NCBI GenBank assembly: GCA_010093605.1
Contig: MU004185.1
Coordinates: forward strand, 1,199,334 to 1,263,333
Direction of reading: 5' to 3'
Length of the DNA stretch: 64,000 nucleotides
From: Lophium mytilinum
Lineage: Eukaryota
Under the pieces are notes generated by a model. The model made no database searches, was not told where the DNA came from, and saw nothing but the letters and a program-made list of their open reading frames with translations. Of this stretch, positions 1 through 11,921 are shown one piece after another. A program made the translations under genes and the position numbers. The first letter of the stretch is position 1; every line of letters begins with the position of its first letter.

Positions 1-794
1 CGAGCGGCAAGTATAGTTGGTGCGTACGTTTCTCGTAAGAAAAAGTATCCGACAATCGTGTTGACGCCGCACACAATAGCCAAGATCCAGAACACCCAGC
101 GCCATCCCAGCCTCATGACAGTTATGCCCCCGAAGAGTGGACCTAGCGTTGGTCCAAGTAGTGGTCCTAAGAGATACCACCCAAACACTCCAGCTCTTTC
201 TTGCGGCACAAACATATCACTTATGGTTCCGCCACCATTGGCAATTCCCACGGCCCCAAAGAAACCTGATATTGTGCGGAAGGCTATGAGGGAGGCAATG
301 TTCGGCGATAAGGCGGTCGGCATCTGAAGGAGCGCGAACATCGTGAAGCACACTAGATACAGACGCCTTCGACCGAAGGTTTCTGACAAAGGCGCTAGTA
401 TGAGAGGCCCGAGGCCTAGCATTACCAGGAACCCAGTCGTTGCCGCAATGACAGCAATTTCGGAGGCGTCAAACTCGTCTGCGATCTCAGAAATTCCTGG
501 CGTAAACATTGCGCTTGCTAGAGGACTCAGGACTGAAGCCATATCAGCTAATTGGCCCTTGTCCAAAGGAAGCGTTGACATCTAACTAGCCATGAGTGCA
601 ATGATAGCTACGTTGATGAGCTTTTTATGCCTCGACCACGCCCGCGGGTTTTCTGGGTCATCTTGAGAGAGCTCAAGAAGCTTCACGAAAGTTAGTTTGG
701 GCTGGAGATTTGAGGCATTAGAACTTACGTGACGCTCATCAATGCCTCCTTCTTGGTTAACCTCTAAAAGCGGAGAACGCTCATTATGTGACAT
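1..794 (-). CDS. MFS drug:H+ antiporter (DHA1 family), 5' part; runs off the window start
   Basis: Starts MSHNERSPLL. An intron follows ...AIIALMA, then LSPLASAMFTPGI...GLGPLILAPLSETFGRR...GGGTISDMFVPQERA...LLGPLLGPTLGPLFGG...LGWRWVFW...ETYAP, which are standard DHA1 motifs. Confidence 0.85.
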
Positions 795-1490
795 ATTGTA
801 CCGAAACGAAATGCTATCCAAAAGGGTTGTGTAGCGGGACAAAAAGCTACCTGAAACAATGATCACAAGTGAACAGAGGCTACAACACGAAGTTTGAGAA
901 AGCTATAATGACGCAGAAACCGCTAGAACGTATCGGGAAAAGACCATCGGGCAGCGAACCTTGGGATCATGACGTGTAAGTGTCATCGATGTGAGAGGTC
1001 AGAGCTTCGACCAATCACATCTACTACCGATGTTTAGTCTTCCCGATCGAGAATGCATGGTGCAGCGATGTGTGTATATTGCTTTACTACTCCCGATTAT
1101 GCTATGTGAATCTCCTGTAGTACAGTGACAGGCCACAAGTCTGGGCACACTGGTACGCCACTGTTTGGGGTAACCCCACAGAGTTTTGAAGACTCAAGGG
1201 CCATGTCAAGCTTCAAGCAGTGCAGATTGGACTGCTTCTTGACTAGTCGCCTGCTCAGCAGCCAGGCTACCCCCAACAGCGGTGTTGGGTGGGCAAAGTG
1301 GAGCGAGCCCGTACCCAGACTTGTGGCCTAAGACTGTAAGGCATTAAGAACTCGCACAGCATTGCAAGCACCTGTCGAGGCATTCTAAGTGTAGTAAAGA
1401 AGTGGACGAGCCGATTTTGATGCCTTGGCCAATTTCGCGAGGTTGGTTTCTCGAATCAGTCAATTTTGCTTGTGGCCGCATCTTCTTAGG

Positions 1491-2870
1491 CTATGCACGT
1501 CCGTATCGATACTGGCGATGGTACTTGATCCTTTCAAGAACCGGTTTGGCAGTATGGCACCCTTCGATAAGGCAGCGATCGGTAAACTTGATTTCCGCTT
1601 CCTGAAAAGCGTCGTACACGTTTGGAGTAAAGTTGCCATGGTCCAGTATTGTGACGCTTTTAAGGTTTGGAAAGTCGGAGGGTCTTGCAAGTTGGGTGAT
1701 TCGAAACCCAGAGACCGGCTCGCCAAACGTTCCATGAATCGTTAGATGCACTAACGATCTGGGTAGGCTCTCAGCTAGAGCTGGAGGGCGACCAGCGCCG
1801 CTGTGTCTAAAGATGAGGGGCGTCGGGACAAAAATCGTGCGCAATTGTTGAAACTCGCGGAAGTTAATTAAGTGAATGGTTTCGGTCACTTTGCCGTGGT
1901 CTGCGTAAGAGACGTGGAAGCTCTCCAGCGAATGCTTCTGCACTTGAAGGCTATCCACAAGAGCGTCTACACATACCTTTGGAGGAAACATCGGTGTTTT
2001 GACCGTAATAGATCGTAGGGCGATGAAACTATGGAGGATGCTTTTCGGGAGTAGGTAGCTGAACAGCGAGGGACCTCGCTTGGGCGACAGACATAGATGT
2101 TCGATTAGAGATATTTTTTCAGGGAAGGATTCAAACGACCCCGGAGTTACGGGGCTTTGGTCGCTGGCGTGCCATCCTTCGATCTCTAGAGTGCGGAGCG
2201 AATTGACACGTAGTAGTGAATTTAAGGTGGAGCTTCGTAGCCCCCGATGGGTTGTAAGGGAGAGTCTGCGAAGGATTGGAAGACGTTCGGGGTGCTCTTG
2301 AAAGAAACGCAGCGGGTTATAAACGGTTAGACTCCCTGTCTGCATTGTAGAGGGCGGCAATCTTAATGCTATGAGCCGAGGAAGTCGAAACAATATTGCC
2401 GTGACCCATGATTGCAGTGGGCTGTTGTCCAACGCAGCACCCAGCACAAGTTCCACATCTGAAATAGCGGATCTCAAAAGATTTCGATCGTGTGCTGACA
2501 GATCGATCAGGTCGATCAGATGATCTACCTCTTGCTCTGATTCCACGAAGTCGACATGTACACTTCTAACACTTGCCGCTAATTCAGGGGTTCTGAGAAG
2601 TAACACCGATTGCTTGAGGCTTGCGACGCTTCCAGGACGGATTCTGATATTTTGATAGCGATATGTGTCCACCAAGCGGGATATTCGCGTCGATGTCAGA
2701 CGTAAGCTGATGAAGTCAGGCTGCTCGAGGATAATAGTCCAAGACTGATCAAATAGTTCAAAAATGTGAGCAAGTATTTTCAAAATCAACTCTTCTGGCA
2801 AAGTAGCAAGCTGATCTTGTGAGCTGCCCTCCGGCGCGACCATGATTGCTGCTGAGAAATCATGCGCCAT
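1491..2870 (-). CDS. F-box-like protein with a degenerate leucine-rich C-terminal region
   Basis: Intronless 459-aa ORF. The N-terminal LATLPEELILKILAHIF...LRLTSTRISRLV resembles an F-box, and repeated LxxLxL segments (LPRLIALRL, LRRLSL, LRTLEI, LRSITV, LVHLTI) follow. Confidence 0.65.
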   Translation of the reverse strand: MAHDFSAAIMVAPEGSSQDQLATLPEELILKILAHIFELFDQSWTIILEQPDFISLRLTSTRISRLVDTYRYQNIRIRPGSVASLKQSVLLLRTPELAASVRSVHVDFVESEQEVDHLIDLIDLSAHDRNLLRSAISDVELVLGAALDNSPLQSWVTAILFRLPRLIALRLPPSTMQTGSLTVYNPLRFFQEHPERLPILRRLSLTTHRGLRSSTLNSLLRVNSLRTLEIEGWHASDQSPVTPGSFESFPEKISLIEHLCLSPKRGPSLFSYLLPKSILHSFIALRSITVKTPMFPPKVCVDALVDSLQVQKHSLESFHVSYADHGKVTETIHLINFREFQQLRTIFVPTPLIFRHSGAGRPPALAESLPRSLVHLTIHGTFGEPVSGFRITQLARPSDFPNLKSVTILDHGNFTPNVYDAFQEAEIKFTDRCLIEGCHTAKPVLERIKYHRQYRYGRA

Positions 2871-5283
2871 TCACTGAAAAGGATAGGACACCGGTTCAGC
2901 AAAGAAAAAGTGAGACCGCATTAAGTGAAGATCAGTCAGTTGATGTATAGGAAGAGTAAGAATGGTGCCTATAGACTGTGGCACGGCTGAGAGGGCATCG
3001 TATTTCGGGACGGGGAAACATTTCCCCGCCATATCTCCAGCCTAACTGGAAGAGTGAAAACTATCGGGAGAGTACATAAGACGACGGAAGAGCTGCTTCC
3101 AATTGCTAAACATATCTTCATATTGATATTGGGTGGTTGTTTTTATCGAAGTCCCTAGTTAGATTCGAAGAGCTTGACGTCACGTGATAAAATGAATGCA
3201 GCGTTTTCCAGGCACAGTACGTAGCTTCCCACATTGTTCTTATGTGATCTAGAAAGTTTATTACTGTAAGTGCTATGCTTTTTATGTTCTGTGGATTACT
3301 CGAAGCCGGTTCTGGGCTTTAGTGGCGTTAGGATCGAGTACTGATTCTTCGATTACACTACGGTGCCCTAGACGGTGTCGTCACGCTGGCACGTCTAGTA
3401 ATTGGCGAATCCTTGAGCAGCGCTGTGATAGGGAAAGACAGTTCGAGAATTCACTAAGACAGCAGCGTGAGAGAACCTGCATAGCATCAATACTTGAAAT
3501 AAATGCTTTGCAAACTCTTGACACTATTATGTGAGCCCGCTGTGCCGCTAAGGGTGCTATACCTGGTACCCTATATGAACGGCGTTTCATTAAGCTCAAG
3601 CTAAGTCCAGCCGAGGCTTAGCAACGCCCCCTCTGCCGCTTATGGAGCTGTAAGCACTATGTATAGCTGCAGCTTCTCGACTCTGGCTGCTTCTGCCTAG
3701 TTTCCGAAGACATTCTTTGGGACCTAGCAGAATTTTCCTTCTTGGCAATATTGAGCTTTTGTGATTGGCTAGATATGTTGATTTTCGTCCATGAATTTAA
3801 AATACCGGTTGAATAAAACGCCCGATGAGGACGAGATCCCTGGGCAGTGTAATCATTGATTTGAGACACAAGACAACGTGGATGTGGAGAGGCGAAGCGC
3901 ATGGCTTGGTGGTACAGTGGGTACGGCCCTTTATGTATCTGATACACGACACATGGCAAATATATGCCATGCCACACAAGGCCGATTCGCACGCCGCGGT
4001 CAAACTCCAGCAAAACTGAGAGCCGTTCGGTAATCGCTAAGGAAGGATTTCTCGGTGGTGAGATATCGGGTGCGAGTGTAGCCGATCCGGTGCTTTTCTT
4101 ACAGATTGTGTGGAAACACCGTATGATCGGAGCGACGTCCGCAAGCACTCGTTGGATCGCAGTGCCTCAACCCAATTGCACGTTCACGAAGCGACAGTAA
4201 CACAGCAGGCGTCAGTGTCTCTTAGTGACACATATAAGAACAAGACTGAGGGGCGCTTGCGGCGAGGATATCAGATGGAAGACACAGTGAACGGTGAGAG
4301 ACAATTGAAACCCCCCACAGCTCGACTGGAAAAGAATGGGCCAGCAGCGAATCAACACGCGACTTTGACGCACTCCAAAAAACCTGACGGCGCAACGGCG
4401 CAAAACGGGAGAACCCCAGTTTAAAACAGTCGCCGCTCTTGAAACGATCCATGGTCTAGCTAGATGCATGTACGCCTCCCGTGCTGGAAATCCTGAAATC
4501 CTGCTTTTTGGTGGCAGGAGAGGGCAACACGAGACGCGGTACTGGGAGGCAGCGCGAGCCGTGGGCGCATCGAGGGTGATTCTGGCGAAATAGTGGGCAA
4601 CGCCATCCTGGTACAGCTCTGAGACCCTTGATGCCTGACGAGCGCACCCTGATCGTCACTTGTGCAGCGTCGTTCCGCGCCATCCGACGAACCTGGGGAG
4701 CTTCTGCACTTTGGCGTGATGGGGTTTGCGGGCGAGGTGGTCGGTGAGGACGCTGCCACCTGCATCCGGTGTTGATGCGAATGCGGCCAGCCAGCGCTGG
4801 TCAACACCAGCTTTCCCGCCTCCCCATCCACTTTGCTGCATACTCGCGCAAGCTCTGGACTCGTCTGGGTGTACGTTGTTGACCACACTAGGGCATTTCA
4901 CTAGCCCAATCGCCCTTGGCACGCATATCCGCGAATCCTATGCCAACGAGTGACGCTATCCCGCTATCCACGCACCACCTTTGTCTGAGCCCCAACAACT
5001 CTCCGCCGCACCAGCCTCCCACAGCCACGCACTCGTTGTTCCTCTCTGGCTTCCTCACAATCGCTGGGCTGACCTGTTTGCTTCTCCAGCTGCATCTGCA
5101 TTACTGCTTCATTTCTACTTATCTTTCACCAACAAGCGCCCGGACCGCACCGATCGTTACCTAGCTCTCCACTGCCATCTCCACCGCCTTCGCCGAACCT
5201 GAAGCTCAGGCCGTCTGTCGCGCTGTGAAGCCTCACACCGTCCCTTCGTTTGTCCTTGGTCCGCCGTAGCCCAGCTGCAAGTC

Positions 5284-6923
5284 ATGGCCACCATGGAGCG
5301 CCCTCAGCAGCGCCAGCGGTCCGCCACCACCTTTAGCTTTAAGAGTGACAAGAGCCATAGCTCTAAGAATCAAGAGAAACACCACAAGGAGTCTCTGCGG
5401 GAGTCGTCAGAAGAGAAGCGTAGAACCCACCTCCATTCCAAGTCGAAGGCCGACCCGAATGCTGCCATGAGCGAAAACCAGCCAAGTAAGCTCGCAAGCA
5501 ACAGCTCCAGATGTCTGATCCGTTGCTAACGCTCTTCCAGTGGCCGAAGCGCTCGAGAAGCCTACCCTCCAGTCCCTCCGATCCTTCCAACACACCGATG
5601 TCTACGGAAACCCAATTGGTACGCCTTTCTACATACACAACATTGCTGTTTGCTGACTTCCGCTTGCAGCCGAGCCTGATCTTTCTAATCCGACACGACC
5701 GCGCTGGGAAAGGTACGATATACCACGATTGAACGCTTTGAGATCACCGCTGACAGCACATACAGACCGCTGGACACAATAAAAAGCTTCGAAGCCGCCA
5801 TTGACAATGAATACAAGCGGAGGAGGTCGGTATTGCGTGCAGGTGGGTCACAACTCGGTCTACATGCTTCTACCGCTGAATACTGACGCATTTATAGAGT
5901 CTTCGCCCGATGTCAACAACGGATACCAGAGCCGTAGGAGCAGCTATCATGGTGGAGGTATGTTTTCACTTTTGTAACACACATTTTACCTCAACATTCG
6001 CATTCCCTTACACCACGGCGTTCTTTACCGCATTCACCACCGAGTCTGAATTCCCTATCTTTTTATCGCGACATCCCGCGCGGCTAGAGGGGCGCCGATG
6101 GCGCATGGCGTGGTGCGCCCATCAGACCGCGCGGCCTACAGGCCTGCATATACCCGTTCCGAATTCCTTGGCATGTCGATCATTTGCTCCACTTACTGAT
6201 CATGATCTGCGTATAGGCTACGAAAACAGTCGCTACTCGCAAGCTGGCGGGCAAGTCGGTAGTCAAGTCGGTGGTTACTATGGCAGCCGGGCTGCTGCTG
6301 CTGCCAGAGAAAGCAACTACGCCGACAGCCAGTATGGGCCCATGGGCGGTGCTCCTCCTCGATCCCGATACAGCCAGCGCCTTCAATCCGACCCTGCATT
6401 GAACCGATACCCCCCCGCTCAAGGCCAGGGTGTGTACCCAAATCCCACCCCTGGCTACCAGCAGTCGCGGGACACCGTGCAAACGGAGAGATCGAACGGC
6501 AGCCATAGTGACCCCTGGGCCAACTCGACCGACCCAAGCAGTGAGAACAGCTCCATCGAACGGGCACTGCCTGTTCAGAAGCCTGTTCAAAACATCCCCG
6601 ACGGAGCGGAGTATGGGTTCAATGGATTCGGAGGAACCCCACAGTTCCAAGGGCCCATCTTAGAGGAATATGGAAATGGAAATAATGCGACTTACGCCCC
6701 ACGAAATGGGGGACCTCCCCCTACAAATGGCATGCACTTCCAGCCGGGTGCAGCCAACCTCCCTCCGCCGGTTCCCGCAAAGACCACAGGCCCCATTAAG
6801 CTTGGAGGCAACTACTCTGAGCAGCCACCGCAGGTCGACGCTGGAGCGCGGCCGAACACTCTCCAACGCCAGAACACAGATAAAAGAAAGAGCTGGTTCA
6901 AGAGAAGGTTTAGCAAGGATTGA
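5284..6923 (+). CDS. DUF2406-family protein, about 6 exons
   Basis: Spliced reading gives KADPNAAMSENQP...HTDVYGNPI-EPDLSNPTRPRWER-PLDTIKSFEAAID and a C-terminal KRKSWFKRRFSKD. GT..AG introns at about 5486-5540, 5619-5669, 5713-5765, 5843-5897 and 5958-6216. Confidence 0.8.
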
Positions 6924-8052
6924 TTACTGCATGCATTGTAAAGTTGCACTCTGGTGGCATCACAGATGCATCTTCGAGCGTTGTCGATGCAGCAGATTGC
7001 ATAGTAATGGATGTTGAATGTTTTATAGAACGAGAGCCACGGACATCTGCGCCTTGCATCACCTGGAATTATTGGATTAAACCAGGGCTTCGCAAGAGCA
7101 GGGTTCATGTGGCTCATGAGCAGCAGTTTGGAGACCTCGCGCCTTCAACATCTGGTCGGGCGGGGCCTCCATCGGGAAATTGGCCCCTCTTTCTCCTTCA
7201 CGCACGGTAATGTAGTGGATGTCACTCGTCAGGATAGTTATGCGGTTCATCATGAGGCGTTCTGGCATTCCATCGGGCTCTCGTCCGAATCAATCAAACT
7301 CTCTGTTCTTGTGCGGCGTTCTTCTGCTGCAGAGTTTGATCTTAGTACATAATGTTGGGACGTGCAAAGCATAAAGGATGAATTAAGCAGTTGTGAAACG
7401 AGCGTACAGAAGCAGCTCGCTCCGATGTTCTCATTAAAAGACCTGCCATTGCCTATCGCCAGAACGCCGTGCATTGTCTCCCTAGCAGTGCTGCATCCTA
7501 GTGTGCCTACAGTCCCTTCTTCTGCTTCTCCTCTTCCTCCAACCGCTCAGACTGGTCCTCTTTCATTGCTACCACCACGTACCCCACTAAGACGACGTTG
7601 GCGATGATGGCCGCTAATGCACCCGCGAAAGTTGAATTCCCTGATGTCCTTCATTAGTTCATGCACGTGATTCATTCGCTCCTTTGCGACCTACCCTTGA
7701 AAACCGCATTAACTGTGAGGAAGTATGTGCCGATTGGCATCGTGATCATAGCAAAAGTGAAGCCTAGCAATTTCCAGATGACGGCCCTATACTATTATCA
7801 GAAGTGCTTCTCTGAGAGGAGAGAGGACTAACGCGGGCACCGCAGGCGCGATGTTGGATGGCTGGGAGTTGTCCTTGTCATCGTCTTTGTCGAGATAGGT
7901 CTTCTCGTCCGAAATGATCCTCCGCGAAGTCATTCTGAGCTATTCTTGATGATTGTGATGGCTTGAGTAGCCAGCAGGCCGTCAACTTGCAGGTGGAGGA
8001 GAGGCATGGGTGCCAAGCCAGAAAGTAGTTTAAACGTGCGCGGGCGTTCTCC

Positions 8053-8060
8053 ACGCGAAA
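8053..8060 (+). promoter_or_regulatory. MCB/SCB-like element (ACGCGAAA) upstream of FUN30
   Basis: Motif about 280 nt upstream of the likely ATG. It is short and could occur by chance. Confidence 0.3.
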
Positions 8061-8333
8061 CGGGAATCTGACGCGCCGCTTTTTCAATACCGACTTCTAC
8101 ATTTCACTCTCCTCTGCAGCCACCTCACTTCCCCACCTCCTCTTTGTTGACCGACACCGTCCTTGTCCTTCCCCAAACACACATGTCCGCCGCGTCTTTG
8201 TGCGCGTTGTGAAAAGCAGACTTCCTTTGGTTCGCGCCCGCAGAATTCTCTTTCTCCCTCGTTCGCTTTGTTCGCGATAACTGCTGCCGCCCAATTACGC
8301 GCACCGCGAGGTCGAAAAATAGCAACCGCGGCC

Positions 8334-11300
8334 ATGGGTCCTGATCCCATCATTGACAGCTCGCCCATTCGCCTTGTCGACCCTGGGCGCCGGCCACCCG
8401 CCACTTACAACTCGGACGATGACAGCGGCGACGAGTTATTCGAGGGTGAGGACCAGTTCACAGAGGCGACAATGCCCATCTCCTCGAGCTACTTTCACAA
8501 CCGCAAACCGAACCCGCCTACGCAATCCACATTTATCACACAACCAACACAACCCCTCACTACCCCGAAAAAGAACACCCAGTCTGTCGTGCAGGTCGCG
8601 GCGTCTTCGCCACCCCTGGACGTCTCCTCCCCGTCTCCGTCCACGATGCTCCCGCGCCCAAACGTCATGGCAATGGCACCTCCGGGCACATACCTCCGCG
8701 CTCCCTTCAGTTACAACCCGCCGTCTCATGTGCCCATAGACTCCGACGACCCACCCGTTGAGGACTCTTCCGACGACGAAGTCGGAATGCGGGGCGATAT
8801 CAAAGCCTCTACTTTCCGAAGCGCGAAAGGACAGTCGTCTTCCTCTCGAGTAGAGGAGACGCCACAGAAAAGGGCCATCGACTTCTCGAATTATAATTAT
8901 GGAGGACCTCTGAAGCGGAAGGTCGGCGATATGGCAAGCGCTTATACTGCTCCCGATCGGAAGAAACTCAAACCCCAGGTCCCCTCCCGCCAGACAGGAC
9001 CATCGAGGGCACAGCCCGTACAGTCCGATATGGAACTAGATGACATTCCGGATCTACAGGTCCGGAAGAAGGTTGAGCGACTGAAGCTGACCTTTCCGAC
9101 TTTGAGTATCATGGAGCTGCAGAGCGCCCTGGCTCTTAAAAAGGGCCAATGTGATGACGCCATGGATTACATCTTAGCAAAGCAGGACGCGATTCTTTTG
9201 TCAGAAGATGAGCTCACTAAGACTCCCAAGGATGCGAAACTCCTACCGAAAGGAACGGCGCAAAGGAAGTTAACCCAGCCCATCCAGAGTATCCAGCAGA
9301 AGTACTCGAATCTGAGCCAGAAGGTCCCCGAGGTGACGACCGCGCAAAGGAAGCTTACCCAGCCGATCCAGAGCATCCAACAGAAGTACTCGAACCTGGA
9401 GGCTGAAGCGGCTGCTCAGCCTAAAAAGCGACGACTCATCCAAGGCCGACGCAATCGGACACCGTCTCCAGACGCAACGGGGAAACCCCGAAAGCTCCCA
9501 CTAGGAAAGTCAGTGCTCCAAGCGGAAGCAGAGAGACAACGGAAGAAGGCCGTTGTCATCGATTCAGATGAAGAGGAAGAGGCTGCGGTATCAGATATAT
9601 CAGACGATACTGCTAGTGAGGATGAGGGTGTGAGCGTCGCAAACAATATCGACCTCATAGAGTTCTTCAACAAGTGCTCCGTTCAGGAAATGGTAGACCT
9701 CTCGGACCAGAAACCAGATATTGTCGAATACGTTCTCTCCAAACGGCCATTCCGCAACCTTCGCCAGGTCGAAGAGGTCACTATGATGTCAGAACCCTCA
9801 GTGACTGCCAAAGGGAAACCCAGGAAGCCTCAGGCGAAGAAAGTCGGGGAAAGTCTACTGAATTTCGCGCAACAGATGTGGGATGGATACAGTGCAGTTG
9901 ACGATCTGGTTATAAAATGCGGATCTCTAGGCCAGCCGATCAAACAGGCGATGCAAAAATGGGGCTTTGACATCTTTGGCGCCTCTACGCAGGGAGAAGT
10001 CGCTCTGATAAGCCTAGACGACATTAAAAGCGAGGCAAGCTCGGCCCGGGACTCCGGAATTGGTACCCCACGAAGCCCGATCACCATCGACGATGGCGAG
10101 GAAGACGATGTTACCCAGCGCGATCGTTCCAAGTCGAAGTTTCTGAAGAAGCCAGTCATCATGTCCGCAGATATCGAACTCAAGGACTATCAGTTAGTTG
10201 GACTCAACTGGCTGAACCTTCTTTGGGACCACGGAATGAGCTGCATCCTAGCAGATGATATGGGACTGGGAAAGACCTGCCAGGTGATTGCATTCCTCTC
10301 TCATCTCAAAGAAAAAGGCGTAAAAGGCCCCCATCTCATCATTGTCCCGGGAGCGGTGCTTGAGAATTGGCTACGGGAGTTTGAGAAGTTCTCTCCGAAA
10401 ATCGTAGTGGAACCCTATTATGGGCTCCAGAAGGCACGGGAGGAGCAGCAGTACACGATCCTGGATTCAATCGACAATATCGATGTCATTGTCACCACAT
10501 ACGACCTTTGCTGGAAGGCCTCGGACAACAAATTCCTGCGCAAATGCCAGCCCAAAGTATGCGTTTTTGACGAGGGACACACCTTGAGATCTCCGGGATC
10601 GAAGAAATATGCTGGCTTGATGAAGATACCGGCTGATTTCCGCGTGCTGTTGACTGGCACCCCTCTCCAGAACAATCTCCAGGAGCTAGCGGCAATTCTT
10701 GCGTTCATCATGCCGGACCTTTTCCACGCTAAACATGAGGAGCTGAACTTCGTTTTCAAGCACAAGGCGAAGACTACAGACAAGGAGCATTCAGCCCTTC
10801 TCTCGGAAGAGCGGATCAATCGCGCACGGGCTATGATAACGCCATTCCTGCTTCGACGAAAGAAGGAGCAGACACTCAAGCATCTACCGAAGAAGACCAA
10901 CCGTGTGGAGCACTGTGAACTTGTGCCCGAGCAGAAGAAGATCTACGACCGACTACTTACGAAGCAACGCAAGGTGTTGTCCGATCGAGCAGCTGGTATC
11001 GAGAACAAGGACCATGCCAACACGATGATGCGTCTTCGACAAGCCGCCATTCATCCCTTCCTCTTCCGCGAGATTTACGATGACAAAATGATCAAGAAGA
11101 TCCACAAGACTTGTATGAAGGGCAAATGGCGTGAGTCGGATTCGGAGATCGTCATGGAAGAACTGCTCCAGTACTCCGACTACGACTTCCATGACTTCAT
11201 CCGGAAAAACTCCAACGAGCTTAGCAAATATGCTTTGACGAACAACGAATGGATGAACAGTGGCAAAGTCGCCAAGCTCGGTGAGCTCCTCACCAAGTAC

Positions 11301-11921
11301 AAGGAGAACGGCGACCGCGCCTTGGTCTTCTCCCAATTCACGACTGTGATGGATATACTGCAGCTCGTCCTCGATACTTTGGGTATTGCTTACATGCGCA
11401 TTGATGGCAGCACGCCCATCCCGGAACGTCAGACACTCTTGGATGTGTTCACCACCGACACCACCATCCCGGTGTTTCTACTCTCCACCAAGTCGGGAGG
11501 AACTGGCATCAACTTGACTGCTGCTAATAAAATCATCATCTTTGACAGCAGTTTCAACCCGCAGGAAGACGTGCAGGCAGAGAACCGCGCCCATCGCGTT
11601 GGCCAGACTCGGGAGGTTGAGGTCGTGCGATTGGTCACAAAGGGCACGATCGAGGAGCAAATCCACGCGCTTGGCAAGAGCAAACTCGCACTCGATGCAA
11701 TGGTTTCGAACGGCGAAAAGGGAGAGAAGGAGGAGAAAGACATTGAGAAGAAGGGCCTGGATACGGTCGCGGAGATGCTTGCTAAGGAGCTGGCAAAGAA
11801 GGAAGGGAGCGAGGATGGCACTGTCAAGGACGAAGAGATAAAGGGGGAGGAAGACGTTGATATCAAGGAGCAGTACTTGGACGGCCTCAAGAAGCATGGC
11901 TTGGATCTGAGCGCTGCTTGA
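8334..11921 (+). CDS. FUN30: SNF2-family chromatin remodeler, Fun30/SMARCAD1 subfamily
   Basis: LKDYQLVGLNWL, ILADDMGLGKTCQ, DEGH box, LLTGTPLQNNLQEL, LVFSQFT, LLSTKSGGTGINLTAA, QAENRAHRVGQ. A CUE-like segment (LKLTFPTL...LALKKGQCDDAMDYI) is present. Likely start is MGPDPII at 8334, since the ORF-track start is a non-ATG codon. Confidence 0.92.
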   Translation: MGPDPIIDSSPIRLVDPGRRPPATYNSDDDSGDELFEGEDQFTEATMPISSSYFHNRKPNPPTQSTFITQPTQPLTTPKKNTQSVVQVAASSPPLDVSSPSPSTMLPRPNVMAMAPPGTYLRAPFSYNPPSHVPIDSDDPPVEDSSDDEVGMRGDIKASTFRSAKGQSSSSRVEETPQKRAIDFSNYNYGGPLKRKVGDMASAYTAPDRKKLKPQVPSRQTGPSRAQPVQSDMELDDIPDLQVRKKVERLKLTFPTLSIMELQSALALKKGQCDDAMDYILAKQDAILLSEDELTKTPKDAKLLPKGTAQRKLTQPIQSIQQKYSNLSQKVPEVTTAQRKLTQPIQSIQQKYSNLEAEAAAQPKKRRLIQGRRNRTPSPDATGKPRKLPLGKSVLQAEAERQRKKAVVIDSDEEEEAAVSDISDDTASEDEGVSVANNIDLIEFFNKCSVQEMVDLSDQKPDIVEYVLSKRPFRNLRQVEEVTMMSEPSVTAKGKPRKPQAKKVGESLLNFAQQMWDGYSAVDDLVIKCGSLGQPIKQAMQKWGFDIFGASTQGEVALISLDDIKSEASSARDSGIGTPRSPITIDDGEEDDVTQRDRSKSKFLKKPVIMSADIELKDYQLVGLNWLNLLWDHGMSCILADDMGLGKTCQVIAFLSHLKEKGVKGPHLIIVPGAVLENWLREFEKFSPKIVVEPYYGLQKAREEQQYTILDSIDNIDVIVTTYDLCWKASDNKFLRKCQPKVCVFDEGHTLRSPGSKKYAGLMKIPADFRVLLTGTPLQNNLQELAAILAFIMPDLFHAKHEELNFVFKHKAKTTDKEHSALLSEERINRARAMITPFLLRRKKEQTLKHLPKKTNRVEHCELVPEQKKIYDRLLTKQRKVLSDRAAGIENKDHANTMMRLRQAAIHPFLFREIYDDKMIKKIHKTCMKGKWRESDSEIVMEELLQYSDYDFHDFIRKNSNELSKYALTNNEWMNSGKVAKLGELLTKYKENGDRALVFSQFTTVMDILQLVLDTLGIAYMRIDGSTPIPERQTLLDVFTTDTTIPVFLLSTKSGGTGINLTAANKIIIFDSSFNPQEDVQAENRAHRVGQTREVEVVRLVTKGTIEEQIHALGKSKLALDAMVSNGEKGEKEEKDIEKKGLDTVAEMLAKELAKKEGSEDGTVKDEEIKGEEDVDIKEQYLDGLKKHGLDLSAA
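9255..9398 (+). repeat. Intragenic direct repeat, 2 x 60 nt (9255-9314 and 9339-9398), each encoding TAQRKLTQPIQSIQQKYSNL
   Basis: Read directly from the sequence. The period is 84 nt and the copies match at 53 of 60 nt. Confidence 0.95.

Noticed and set aside
3300..4450. Possible gene or pseudogene (163-aa minus ORF, intron-like signals)
   Set aside because: I could not build a consistent spliced frame or find any motif.
8163..8333. N-terminal extension of Fun30 given in the ORF track
   Set aside because: It begins at a non-ATG codon in pyrimidine-rich leader-like sequence. The ATG at 8334 has good context (GCCATGG).
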